Source: a virus
Virus record (IMG/VR): IMGVR_UViG_3300025276_000031
Span: 6,257-70,256 of that record
Strand: one strand, 5' to 3'
DNA: 64,000 nt
Under the pieces are notes generated by a model. It was given only the letters and a program-made list of their open reading frames with translations. It searched no databases and was not told the origin of the DNA. Numbering within the stretch: the stretch's first letter is position 1; each line of letters opens with the position of its first letter. The position numbers and the translations under genes are program-made. Positions 1 through 10,089 of this stretch are shown here, piece after piece.

Positions 1-160
1 AGCCTTTCAAAGCTGCAAGGTGTAGACGAAAGGCTGGTAACTGTCGTGAAGTACGCCATAGGTGTAACCAAGCAAGACTTCAGCGTGATATGCGGCATGA
101 GGACATTTTCAGAACAACAGGAGTTGGTCAGGAAAGGTGCATCTCAAACCATGAAATCAA
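1..160. repeat. Terminal direct repeat (left copy), i.e. circular-genome overlap
   Basis: 34-160 is identical to 63874-64000 (127 nt); 1-33 aligns to 63841-63873 with 7 mismatches. Confidence 0.95.
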
Positions 161-432
161 AACATCTTGATGGTAACGCAGTGGACCTGATGGCTTACTG
201 TGATGGTGGTGGTCGTTGGGAACTTAACCTGTATGACGAGATTGCCGACGCCATGAAAGAAGGCGCAGAGGCTGCAGGTGTTAAGCTACGGTGGGGTGCT
301 GCATGGACTATTGATGATTTAGGTGCCTATGATGGTACAGCAGAACACGCTATGTGTTCGTACATAGATACACGTAGATCACAGGCTCGCAGGCCATTTA
401 TAGACGCACCACACTTTGAGATAATGTTCTAG
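1..432 (+). CDS. Endolysin, M15-family L-Ala-D-Glu peptidase (main body; 5' end lies at 63817 across the circular junction)
   Basis: Frame open from position 1 (SLSKLQGVDERLV...). Zinc-peptidase motifs G-x-R-T, SKHLDGNAVDL and DAPHFE; follows holin-like genes on the circle. Confidence 0.85.
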   Translation, partial: SLSKLQGVDERLVTVVKYAIGVTKQDFSVICGMRTFSEQQELVRKGASQTMKSKHLDGNAVDLMAYCDGGGRWELNLYDEIADAMKEGAEAAGVKLRWGAAWTIDDLGAYDGTAEHAMCSYIDTRRSQARRPFIDAPHFEIMF

Positions 433-443
433 GAGAATTATCT

Positions 444-641
444 ATGAAAAATACTTACAAAGCAGACAGTATTAATACAGCGCATACAATAGAAATTATC
501 TGTGCAGGGTGTGGACATGATCTTGCGACTGATGAGCTGTCTGACATAACTTGCACTGCTTGTGGTGGAGAACTAACACTGCGTCAAAACATTGCAGTAA
601 CAGTTAACGCTTTGCCTAGCATGTCTAATCTTACTTCATAG
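444..641 (+). CDS. Small zinc-ribbon protein
   Basis: AGGAG RBS; CAGCG...CTACGG pairs. Confidence 0.7.
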   Translation: MKNTYKADSINTAHTIEIICAGCGHDLATDELSDITCTACGGELTLRQNIAVTVNALPSMSNLTS

Positions 642-648
642 GTGACTT

Positions 649-2514
649 ATGCCCCTACAAAAACTTCAGTTTGCTCCCGGTATAAACCAAGAAAAAACGC
701 GGTATTCTGCTGAAGGTGGGTGGTATGACTGCGACAAAGTTAGATTTAGACAAGGATTTCCTGAAAAAATTGGAGGTTGGTCTCGTATATCTGTTACCAC
801 GTTTGAAGGAGTGTGTAGATCACTTTGGAATTGGGTTACGCTAGGAGGTCTAAACCTTGTTGGTTTAGGTACAAATTTAAAATTTTATGTTGAATCTGGT
901 GGTGCGTACACAGATATAACGCCGTTACGTGCAACTGTGACCTTGACTAACCCTTTTACAACGCAGACAGGAACAAATGCAAACGTAGTAACGGTTACTG
1001 ATGCAAACGGTGGATACATTGATGGTGATTTTGTAACTTTTACAGGATCAGGAGACGTAGGCGGTGTTGCTGCAAGTGTTTTAAATACCGAACACCAAAT
1101 TACATATACATCTGGTAATACGTACACGATAACACTTCCTCAAAATGCAAGTTCTGTTGCTACAGGTGGCGGTACGGTTACTGCAAAGTATCAGATAAAT
1201 GTTGGTCCTACGGTCTCAGTTCCATTAACAGGGTGGGGTAGTGGTAGTTGGGGTGCAGGTACTTGGGGTTTTGGAGGTACTTCATCATACCCATTACGCA
1301 TATGGAGCCAAGCAAATTTTGGAGAAGACTTAGTATTTGCACAACGTGGTGGCGCTGTTTATTATTGGGACGCTTCTACAGGGCTTGTAAATAATCGTGC
1401 AGTATTATTGTCTAGTTTAAATGCTGGAGGAGCCGTGCCTACAAGCACAAACAGAATATTGGTGTCGGATGTAAGTAGGTTTGTGTTTTGTTTTGGAGCA
1501 AATCCGTTTGGCGGGACTACATTTGATCCTATGTTAGTGCGGTGGTCCGATCAGGGAGATGCAACAAATTGGGTGCCTTCGGCAGTTACACAGGCAGGAG
1601 GACTTTCGTTATCTAGGGGCACTGAAATTGTTGCTGCCATACAATCACGGCAGGAAGTTCTAGTATGGACTGATGCGGCTTTGTATTCCTTGCAGTATGT
1701 AGGCGCAGATTCCGGCGTTTGGGGCGCGCAAACTGTAGGAGAAAACATATCTATTGCTTCACAAAATGCTGTAGCTTTTGCTAATGGTACTTCGTATTGG
1801 ATGGGTAAAGATAAATTCTATAAATACGATGGTCGTACGCAACCGTTACGATGCGATGTAAAACGTAGCGTGTTTAATAACTTTAATTCTTTGCAGTATG
1901 AACAAGTATTTGCAGGTACGAACGAGGGGTTTCACGAAGTATGGTGGTTTTACTGTTCTGCAGAAAGCACTTCGTTAGATAAATATGTTATCTATAACTA
2001 CGTAGAAGATACATGGTATCATGGAAACATGGCGCGCACTGCATGGTTAGACTCAGGATTACGGGATTTTCCTTTGGCTGCTACTTACAGTAATAATTTA
2101 GTAAATCACGAAGAAGGTATAGATGATAACGAACTAGGAGCAAGTACTCCTATTGCGGCTAGTATATCGTCTGGTGAATTTGATATTGAGGACGGCGATA
2201 GGTTTTCGTTTGTGTATCGAGTTGTACCTGACGTTACTTTTAATGGTTCTACTGCAGTTGCTCCTGCTGCTACTATGACGTTAAGCCCGTTAAATAGTTC
2301 AGGATCAGGGTACAACAATCCTGCGTCTGTAGGAGGGTCTAACACTGGCTCTGTTATTCGTACTGCTACTGTTCCTATAGAACAATTTACCGGACAAGTT
2401 AACACACGCGTACGCGGGCGACAGTTATCATTTACAGTATCGTCTAGTGCAGCAGGTGTAACGTGGCAATTAGGGTCTCCACGCATTGATGTACGTCCAG
2501 ATGGTAGACGTTAA
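649..2514 (+). CDS. Tail nozzle / DNA-stabilisation protein (P22 gp10 or T7 gp12-like)
   Basis: 621 aa, beta-propeller-like (VRWSDQ..W.P...AG, EVWWFY), C-terminal RGRQ...DGRR; precedes the internal virion genes. Confidence 0.7.
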   Translation: MPLQKLQFAPGINQEKTRYSAEGGWYDCDKVRFRQGFPEKIGGWSRISVTTFEGVCRSLWNWVTLGGLNLVGLGTNLKFYVESGGAYTDITPLRATVTLTNPFTTQTGTNANVVTVTDANGGYIDGDFVTFTGSGDVGGVAASVLNTEHQITYTSGNTYTITLPQNASSVATGGGTVTAKYQINVGPTVSVPLTGWGSGSWGAGTWGFGGTSSYPLRIWSQANFGEDLVFAQRGGAVYYWDASTGLVNNRAVLLSSLNAGGAVPTSTNRILVSDVSRFVFCFGANPFGGTTFDPMLVRWSDQGDATNWVPSAVTQAGGLSLSRGTEIVAAIQSRQEVLVWTDAALYSLQYVGADSGVWGAQTVGENISIASQNAVAFANGTSYWMGKDKFYKYDGRTQPLRCDVKRSVFNNFNSLQYEQVFAGTNEGFHEVWWFYCSAESTSLDKYVIYNYVEDTWYHGNMARTAWLDSGLRDFPLAATYSNNLVNHEEGIDDNELGASTPIAASISSGEFDIEDGDRFSFVYRVVPDVTFNGSTAVAPAATMTLSPLNSSGSGYNNPASVGGSNTGSVIRTATVPIEQFTGQVNTRVRGRQLSFTVSSSAAGVTWQLGSPRIDVRPDGRR

Positions 2515-2702
2515 TGGCTAATAATCAGTACATAGTAGGGTTTAAAGCCCCCGCACTTCCGTATCCTTCGATGGTATACAATGCTACTGAGTTAGAAGAA
2601 TTTAACAAAGTATTGCGGCTTTACTTTAACCAAGTAGACAATGCACTACGAGACGTATCGGCTACATATGAAGCTGAAGCGCAAGTTTGGTTTTTTAGTT
2701 AA
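2514..2702 (+). CDS. Hypothetical virion-associated protein
   Basis: 62 aa, stop/start overlap with both neighbours; LRLYFNQ motif. Confidence 0.65.
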   Translation: MANNQYIVGFKAPALPYPSMVYNATELEEFNKVLRLYFNQVDNALRDVSATYEAEAQVWFFS

Positions 2703-3022
2703 TGGCTAACTTATATAAAACTGTAGTTGATAATGTGTCTGCAACGGGAAATCGAACGTTGTATACTACTCCTTTGGGTACTACAGCAATATTTAATTCT
2801 CTTCTTGTGTGTAACGATAACGCTGCAGGCGCTGACATGACAATTTCTATACGTGTAAGTAATGTACTACACCCAGTATTTTTTAGTAAAACGTTTAGCG
2901 CAGGAACTACTACACAACTGTTAACCGCACCGTTAGTTGTAGCATCAGGGGATGCTATAATACTTAACGCTGAAACAGCCGGTAGATTGCATGTTGTTGC
3001 CAGCATTTTAGAGGTTACATAA
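2702..3022 (+). CDS. Small beta-sandwich virion protein (similar to 54533-54859)
   Basis: 106 aa, begins MANLYK and ends SILEVT, like MANIFK...SVLEIT at 54533. Confidence 0.65.
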   Translation: MANLYKTVVDNVSATGNRTLYTTPLGTTAIFNSLLVCNDNAAGADMTISIRVSNVLHPVFFSKTFSAGTTTQLLTAPLVVASGDAIILNAETAGRLHVVASILEVT

Positions 3023-3489
3023 TGGCCACTGTAGTTGATAGTAGAGAGAAGCCACTACCTGCACCTACTGTTGTGTTAACTTATATGTCTGAAGCAGATT
3101 TACCTCCTGATATAGACTTAAAAACTGCGTTAGCGATGTGGGTTAAAGAAATGACATTGCCTGACGTTGAGATGGTACAAGTAGGTAATACTGTATTTGT
3201 TGGGCATAGAGGTAAAGACAAAAACAAAAACAAGATTATGGGACGCGTATTTAATGTAGATACCGCACGTAATCTTGTAGCTAACACGGTAAAATATTTT
3301 AAAGTTTTACAGCAAAAGGGCATAACACATTACTCAGTTGCATTTGATAAAGGTACTTTAGAACAGGCAGCTAAAGCAGTTGGCAGGGCACTTAACGGTA
3401 CGGGGATACAAGTAGGGTTGGGGGAAGACGAAAACGAACAGATGATATTGTTTGTACAGTTTCCTACAAACACAAAGAAAAAGGTGTAA
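3022..3489 (+). CDS. Hypothetical protein, possibly GNAT-fold internal virion assembly protein
   Basis: 155 aa in the position where T7-like gp13 precedes the ejection proteins; the fold is inferred. Confidence 0.5.
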   Translation: MATVVDSREKPLPAPTVVLTYMSEADLPPDIDLKTALAMWVKEMTLPDVEMVQVGNTVFVGHRGKDKNKNKIMGRVFNVDTARNLVANTVKYFKVLQQKGITHYSVAFDKGTLEQAAKAVGRALNGTGIQVGLGEDENEQMILFVQFPTNTKKKV

Positions 3490-3492
3490 GCT

Positions 3493-6400
3493 ATGAGTGC
3501 TGTTATAAAAGTAGTAAGTAAAGTTGTCAAACCTGTTCTTAATGTTGCGTCAGACATAGCTAACACCATTATGGAACCCGCGTTTGAAGTTATGGATTTT
3601 GTACGGGACGAGATAGCCGCTCCTGTTTTTGATGTGGCTATAGATAATATAGATATATATGACGCCATTAATATTGGCATTACTGTTGCCTCTGGTGGTA
3701 CAATCCCCCCGTGGGTTATTGGTGTATCATCAGGAGCCGCTACAATAGCTCGGGGCGGTGATTTAAGCGATGCTATTAAAGCAGGAGCTGTAGCTTATGC
3801 AGGGTCTACTGTAGGTAAAACTTTTGACACTAAAATTGCACCTAGACTTACAGACACACTTACAGCCGAAGGTTTTAACCAGACTGTTAGCAATCTAATT
3901 AGCGAAGGCGTTAAATCCTCGGCAAAAGCCTTAGTGTATGGTCAAGACCCGTTAGAAGCGTTTGCTATAGGCGGTATAAACGCGGGTGTAGGCGCTGCGT
4001 TAGGTGCTATTGATGACGCATACACTAATCTTACAGGCGAAGTTAACCTTGATATTGACGGCGTAGAAATTCCTGTGGTTGCTGGATGGGAAAATTTACA
4101 AGACGGTGTTAAAGACGCGATAGCTGCAGGAGTAACTGCAGAATTAAATGGTGGCGATATAAGTAGTGCAGTGCTTACAAACATTGTAAGTAAATATTCT
4201 GGTCTTGCCAAAACCATGAACAACTACATGACTAGTGAAGAAGGTTTAGGGTTAGACGAGGATCGTGCTCGACTGTTAACAACTGCATTAGGTAACGCAG
4301 CGGGGGCCGCTATTGACGGTAATACAGAACTTACGTTTGACGCATTTTTTAAGACTATTGAAGACTACGGATACAAAGGATTAAAAGAAGCGATAGACAA
4401 ACCTGTATACGAAGGTTTGGATAAAATTACAGGGGATTATCAAAAAACTGCAGCTGCTGCTAATACGTTAAATACAGCCATTACAACGGCTCAAAACGTG
4501 GCCGACGAATATAATAGTTTACGCACTACATTACAAAACGAAGTTGATAATGCGCAGGCTCTCTATGGAACGGACTCAGAAGCATATAATGCAGCATATG
4601 CAAGATTACAGGAACGGTATGATACATACTATACTCCTACGTTTAACGCATTACAAAATGAGCATGACGATGTAATGGTTACTGTAAACGATGCTCAGAT
4701 TGAGTACGACGATCAAAACCAGTATTTGATGTCTGATATAAATGATCTCGATATTGCGTTGTCTCCTATATTTAACGAAGTACAACGCGAAATAGTTTTA
4801 GCCTTAAAACCAGATGCAAATTTAGAAGTTATTGCTAACTATCTTGGTGTAGACGAAGTAGATGCTGCTAGTGCATTTTTAAGCACTAACGGATCACTTA
4901 CAAATATGCCTAATACGCAGTCCGAAGCCGATGCTGCGTTAGACCAAACACGACTTCAATATGTTACAGCGGCGTTAAATGCACGAGGTATACCCATTGA
5001 ATCACTAAATCCAAATCAATTAGGTAAATACCTTAATTACGCTAAAGAATTTTTAGGAAATACAAATAATATTTTAAACGCAGACATGAACGAGTTTGCG
5101 GACAGCATGATTTACTCCGCTGAATTATCTCCTGAAATAATAAAGACAGCTAAAGACGCAGGTTTTGTACCCCAAACTGTAGATGACTATGGTATGTTTC
5201 TTACTGGCGAATACATACGGGTTAGCGAAGCAGGAAACACGGGAAACGCTCCTGCATTTTTAGATACTAGAGGGCTAGCAGACGAAAATGTTGAGCAATG
5301 GTTATTTACTAATGGGTACACACAAGATGACGTAACCCATGTTGGTGATGGATATTATAACAGAGATATTACAGATTCAACTACTTATGGCTTTGAAAAA
5401 CCTCCGCTTGAAGAACTGGACAATGCGGTAAGTAATTATAAAGACCCTACAAATTCACGGTTTGGTGAACAACCAGTAGAAGGTCAGCGTGTTCTTGACG
5501 AAGTAGTTTTGGGTGAGGGCGTAGGCGCACAACAGTTATTAGACGGTAGTGCCATCTTAACCAACAATGACGGAGTTCCTACGTGGGAACTACGCACAAC
5601 ACAAGACACAGCTACAGGCGGTGTTGATACGACTGCTGTATTAGAAGATATTACAGGGGTTGCGCCTACATTTACTACGTTTGTAAATCAATACGGCGTA
5701 GAAAACATAGATACATTTTTGTATATGCCGAATGTAATGGAGACCGGAGAAGACGGAGTTCGTCGATTTACAGAGGTTCCGGGCGGTGCAACTGGTGCTT
5801 ATTCTCTTAGCGAAGATAGAACTAGAGTGCTTGACGCCGATGGAAATACGGTTGGTATAATTGAAGCTAGTCCTATGATGCTTGCTACTCTTGTAAACTT
5901 AAATCCTAATGATGGGCAAACTTTTGATGACCTTGTAGGCACACCTATAGCTAAAGCAGCTAAAACTTTTTACAGCCGTATTCGAGATGACCTTTCAACT
6001 GAAGAAAATAAAGAAACTTGGGACAATATGTCTAGTGTGTTTCTTTTAATGAGTGGCGAAATGGTTGACGCTGTTGCTGGAATGGATGTGTTAAAAGGTG
6101 ATTCTCCTGATACCGAGTTAAGTAGATACGCTGATTTTATTCTTTCTTCGGCTTACGATATAAAAAGTGATGAGTGGAGAGAAAACGGCCCTATAATTGA
6201 AGAACTGCGTAGAGCCCCACTAAATGCGTGGTACGAAGCAAATCCCGGTAAAGAGTTATCTGTTATAGATAATACGTTATTACAATTGGAAGGCGTATAC
6301 GGAGCTTACCAACGATTTCCAACACAAGTTTTAGCTGAAACTATAGGTAAAGAAGTATTACAAGAAATACCGTTGTTACTGACGGGGGCGGCAGTTGCCA

Positions 6401-8538
6401 GAATTGGTTACAAATCTACGGTTAACATTGCTGGTAAAGAATGGGCCGCAAAATTTAGTTCTAAATTAGGAATAACTACTGCAGGCGGACTTAATGTTGC
6501 CGAAGCATACGGAGCTACTGCTTCTAGTACGTACGACACAATCTATGCAACTGCGCTACGAAAAGAAGGTGTAACTGAAGAAACTGCTACAGACGCACAA
6601 AAAGATGCCGCACATAATTTAGCAGTTCCTGCGGCACAAAATGCAGCCGCCGCTGCAGCGGTAGTCACTGGTGCATTGTATGTAACAGGCATGGGTAGTT
6701 CGCTGGAAAAAACTTTTCTTGGGGCAGGCAAATCTACAATTACTACAAATGCAGTAAAACAACTTAGCAGTAGTATATTAAATGTTGCTGATATTATGGT
6801 CAAAGAAGGTATATCTGAGTCTATAGAAGAAATTATACCTCAGATGTTAACGGATAAATACCAACGTGAAATAGACCCTGACGCAGTGCGTGGATTCGAC
6901 AACGTAGTTAATGCTGGCATACAAGCCTTTCTAACCGGAGGTGGTACTAGCGGTACTCTTAGTATTCCTAATGTTACTATAGATCAAGCTAAAAGTACCT
7001 TAGCTGCTAGTGATATGCTAGGAACATTAGTTGGAAACAGTGCAACTTCCACAGGAAACGTTATCGCGGATTTGCTCCCTAAAATTAACCCCGGCATAAA
7101 AAATGTATTTGCCACCACGTCTACAGCAGAAGAAGCTACTGCAGCGTTGCAAGAGCTTGGTCTTACCGATAACGTAGTTTTAAATAATGTATTAAACTCA
7201 ACATACGACACCATGTATGTCAGTACAAATGAGGCTGATACTGCGTTTAGCACTGCAAATCCTGATTATAAACCTACGCAAGCTGATATAGATTCTATTG
7301 TTACTGCTAATCCTAGCGCGGATTTAGACACTGCAGTAACCGAGTTTATTAACCCTAAGTTTCTTAGTGCTGACGAAGTAAAAGCGGCGGCGTTGGAAGA
7401 AGGTATAATTCTAACTGACGAACAGGCTGAAGCCTACGTTGGACAAAAAGACGAAGCATCTGCGACTACAGACATTCGTAACGAATACGACCCGTTAGCT
7501 ACTACTAAAGATGAGGCAACACAATATTTTGCGGATACAGGGTACACGGCTACACCAGAAGAACTTGCTGATTTTATTGGCACGTTAAACGAAGAAGTAC
7601 AAAAAACCGCTATCGGTGACTACGTTAATCCACGTCAAGTAACAAAAGACGAAGCAAAACAGTTTCTTGAAGATGTAGGGTATAACGCAGACGAAGATGA
7701 AATTGCCCGATTTATAGGTCAAACTAACGATGATACTTTTCAAGATACGCAAAGAACAGCAATAAACGAATACACTGATCCTCGCGTTGTTACTGGAGAC
7801 GAAGTACGTACTAGGTTTCAAGAATTAGGATTTGATACTCCTACCGAAACAGACATAAACAAATTTACAGGACAGTTTGACCAAACGGCAAAACTTGGTG
7901 AGGTTGAAGAGTATCTACCAACCGCGCAATATAACTCTATTGCTGAATTGCTTGGCAAACCTGCGCGCAATGTAACGCAAGAAGATGTTGATTTTGTTGC
8001 AAATAAAATTGCTTTGGACGAAGTTTTAACTGATCAACAAATAACACGGTATGATGTTAACAGTGACGGTATTGTAGACCAATTTGATAATGATTTATTG
8101 CTGCAAAGGTTAGGTGGAGATACTGACGTACAATTAGCTGACACAGCAATGTTTAACCCTGCCACAGGTATATATGCACAATTAGACACTCAAAATGATA
8201 CACAAGCACAATTAGATGCCGTTATTGATTTAAATACTCAACTAAACACGCAAGTTAATACCTTGGGTAAAAAAACAAACTTTAATCAATTTCAAGATAT
8301 GCTAATGGGAGCAAATGATTTAAGTGGACAACAGGTAGCTGTAAAGTCAGGTGATAAAGTAAATCTTGATTATTTGTATGACTTTGAAAGTGTTTTTGCT
8401 AACCCTCAACAGGAAGCGTTGTTTGGTAGTCCATATGGTGTTGCACCTACAGCAAACTCCCGTGGTGGTAGTTTTGCACAGGGTGGACAAATAGAGGATA
8501 AAAATGATATGTTGTTAAGAATACTTGGAGAAGTGTAA
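3493..8538 (+). CDS. Large acidic internal virion / ejection protein
   Basis: 1681 aa; Gly/Ala-rich hydrophobic segments, ~47-aa repeats, EF-hand-like DVNSDGIVDQFD, C-terminal FAQGG. Confidence 0.7.
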   Translation: MSAVIKVVSKVVKPVLNVASDIANTIMEPAFEVMDFVRDEIAAPVFDVAIDNIDIYDAINIGITVASGGTIPPWVIGVSSGAATIARGGDLSDAIKAGAVAYAGSTVGKTFDTKIAPRLTDTLTAEGFNQTVSNLISEGVKSSAKALVYGQDPLEAFAIGGINAGVGAALGAIDDAYTNLTGEVNLDIDGVEIPVVAGWENLQDGVKDAIAAGVTAELNGGDISSAVLTNIVSKYSGLAKTMNNYMTSEEGLGLDEDRARLLTTALGNAAGAAIDGNTELTFDAFFKTIEDYGYKGLKEAIDKPVYEGLDKITGDYQKTAAAANTLNTAITTAQNVADEYNSLRTTLQNEVDNAQALYGTDSEAYNAAYARLQERYDTYYTPTFNALQNEHDDVMVTVNDAQIEYDDQNQYLMSDINDLDIALSPIFNEVQREIVLALKPDANLEVIANYLGVDEVDAASAFLSTNGSLTNMPNTQSEADAALDQTRLQYVTAALNARGIPIESLNPNQLGKYLNYAKEFLGNTNNILNADMNEFADSMIYSAELSPEIIKTAKDAGFVPQTVDDYGMFLTGEYIRVSEAGNTGNAPAFLDTRGLADENVEQWLFTNGYTQDDVTHVGDGYYNRDITDSTTYGFEKPPLEELDNAVSNYKDPTNSRFGEQPVEGQRVLDEVVLGEGVGAQQLLDGSAILTNNDGVPTWELRTTQDTATGGVDTTAVLEDITGVAPTFTTFVNQYGVENIDTFLYMPNVMETGEDGVRRFTEVPGGATGAYSLSEDRTRVLDADGNTVGIIEASPMMLATLVNLNPNDGQTFDDLVGTPIAKAAKTFYSRIRDDLSTEENKETWDNMSSVFLLMSGEMVDAVAGMDVLKGDSPDTELSRYADFILSSAYDIKSDEWRENGPIIEELRRAPLNAWYEANPGKELSVIDNTLLQLEGVYGAYQRFPTQVLAETIGKEVLQEIPLLLTGAAVARIGYKSTVNIAGKEWAAKFSSKLGITTAGGLNVAEAYGATASSTYDTIYATALRKEGVTEETATDAQKDAAHNLAVPAAQNAAAAAAVVTGALYVTGMGSSLEKTFLGAGKSTITTNAVKQLSSSILNVADIMVKEGISESIEEIIPQMLTDKYQREIDPDAVRGFDNVVNAGIQAFLTGGGTSGTLSIPNVTIDQAKSTLAASDMLGTLVGNSATSTGNVIADLLPKINPGIKNVFATTSTAEEATAALQELGLTDNVVLNNVLNSTYDTMYVSTNEADTAFSTANPDYKPTQADIDSIVTANPSADLDTAVTEFINPKFLSADEVKAAALEEGIILTDEQAEAYVGQKDEASATTDIRNEYDPLATTKDEATQYFADTGYTATPEELADFIGTLNEEVQKTAIGDYVNPRQVTKDEAKQFLEDVGYNADEDEIARFIGQTNDDTFQDTQRTAINEYTDPRVVTGDEVRTRFQELGFDTPTETDINKFTGQFDQTAKLGEVEEYLPTAQYNSIAELLGKPARNVTQEDVDFVANKIALDEVLTDQQITRYDVNSDGIVDQFDNDLLLQRLGGDTDVQLADTAMFNPATGIYAQLDTQNDTQAQLDAVIDLNTQLNTQVNTLGKKTNFNQFQDMLMGANDLSGQQVAVKSGDKVNLDYLYDFESVFANPQQEALFGSPYGVAPTANSRGGSFAQGGQIEDKNDMLLRILGEV

Positions 8539-9176
8539 TGTCTTGGTTTGACAGTATCTTAAATCAGTTAACTGATGACCCGCTTAAAACTGCGGTTTCA
8601 TTGGGTGGATCGTACCTGTTAAATGAATCAGGTATTGGGCAAGCTCAAATACCCCAAACAGGATATCAAGGTAAAATTCCTGAGTTATCTATGTCTAGGC
8701 AAGTAGTACCTAATACATATGATCCTAACAGGAGAGCGGGAAGTGGGGGGCAGCGTTACTTTACTGATGCTCAGTACATACCTAAAAATGCAACGCCTAA
8801 CACACCTATGTCTGCTGAAGGGCTGGCGGCGTTAAATGCTGCCAATCCTGCGCAAGAAGAAATTAAACCTACTACTCCCCCTACGCAACAAATGGCAACG
8901 GGTGGTATTGCAGAATTAAAACAAGGTAAGTACCTTGATGGCAAGACAGACGGTATGGCCGATAAAGTTCCTGCGTCTATAGATGGTATGCAAGAAGCCC
9001 GACTTAGTGACGGTGAATTTGTTATTCCTGCAGATGTTGTAAGTCACCTTGGTAATGGTAATTCTGATGCAGGCGCAAAAGTTCTTGAAAATATGATGGC
9101 TCGTGTTCGTAAAGAACGGACGGGTAATACTAAACAGGGAAAAGAAATTGACCCTAAAAAATTCTTACCTGTGTGA
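8538..9176 (+). CDS. Internal virion protein
   Basis: 212 aa; MATGG followed by G.TDG..D.VPA...ARLSDGEFVIPADVV. Confidence 0.65.
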   Translation: MSWFDSILNQLTDDPLKTAVSLGGSYLLNESGIGQAQIPQTGYQGKIPELSMSRQVVPNTYDPNRRAGSGGQRYFTDAQYIPKNATPNTPMSAEGLAALNAANPAQEEIKPTTPPTQQMATGGIAELKQGKYLDGKTDGMADKVPASIDGMQEARLSDGEFVIPADVVSHLGNGNSDAGAKVLENMMARVRKERTGNTKQGKEIDPKKFLPV

Positions 9177-9184
9177 GGTGAATT

Positions 9185-10078
9185 ATGGCTGAACAAGACA
9201 TTACTTCTGGTGTAACTGCTGGTGACTCGGGAATGCCCGGAAGTTACACAGGTACAGAATCTTCGCTTTCAAATTGGGCAGGTGACTATGTTACCAACAT
9301 GCTTGGTCAGGGTAGAGCACTTGGTGAGGAAGGTTATAACGCGTATTCAGGGCCGTTAACCGCAGGTACTTCTGACCTACAAGATCAAGCATTTGAAGGT
9401 ATTGGAGGTCTTAATTTACCTACAGACCAAATGGGTACGGCTGGGTATACACCTCAAGCGTTTACAGGCGAGAATGTAAACCAGTACATGAATCCATATT
9501 TAATGCAGTCTTTGCAACCACAAATTGACGAAGCGCGCAGGCAGTCAGAGATTGATCGTATTTCTAACGCGGGGCGCATGACCCGTGCAGGGTCGTTTGG
9601 TGGATCACGACAGGCAGTGTTAGATGCTGAAAATCAATTTGGTATGCAACGCAATATTGCAGGCATTACAGGTCAAGGCTACGCAGACGCATATAGAAAT
9701 GCTGTAGATCAGTTTAATGTAGAACAAGATCGTGGTATGACTGCTCAAGACCGTATAAATGAGTACGGGTTTACCGGATTAGGCGCGTTGTCTGATGCAG
9801 GCGCAACGCAACGTGGTATTGAAGCTGAAGGTATTAACGCGGATAGAGCACAATTTGAAGAAGAACGTGACTTCCCGTACAAACAAGTCCAGTACATGCA
9901 GTCTCTGTTACAAGGTCTACCTATTGAAGCGCAATCTTACAACTATGCACAACCTAGTGTGTTGTCAGAACTTGCTAGTACGTCTGGCGGTCTTAGTGCG
10001 CTGTACGATAAACTGTTTCCGAATGAGAGTAAAACTGCTCCAGAAACATCTCCTCGCCCTGTGCTGCGTCCAACATAA
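9185..10078 (+). CDS. DNA ejection/transfer protein
   Basis: 297 aa, Q/G/A-rich with YMNPY and AGSFGGSRQ motifs typical of podovirus pilot/ejection proteins. Confidence 0.65.
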   Translation: MAEQDITSGVTAGDSGMPGSYTGTESSLSNWAGDYVTNMLGQGRALGEEGYNAYSGPLTAGTSDLQDQAFEGIGGLNLPTDQMGTAGYTPQAFTGENVNQYMNPYLMQSLQPQIDEARRQSEIDRISNAGRMTRAGSFGGSRQAVLDAENQFGMQRNIAGITGQGYADAYRNAVDQFNVEQDRGMTAQDRINEYGFTGLGALSDAGATQRGIEAEGINADRAQFEEERDFPYKQVQYMQSLLQGLPIEAQSYNYAQPSVLSELASTSGGLSALYDKLFPNESKTAPETSPRPVLRPT

Positions 10079-10089
10079 GGAAAAAATAA

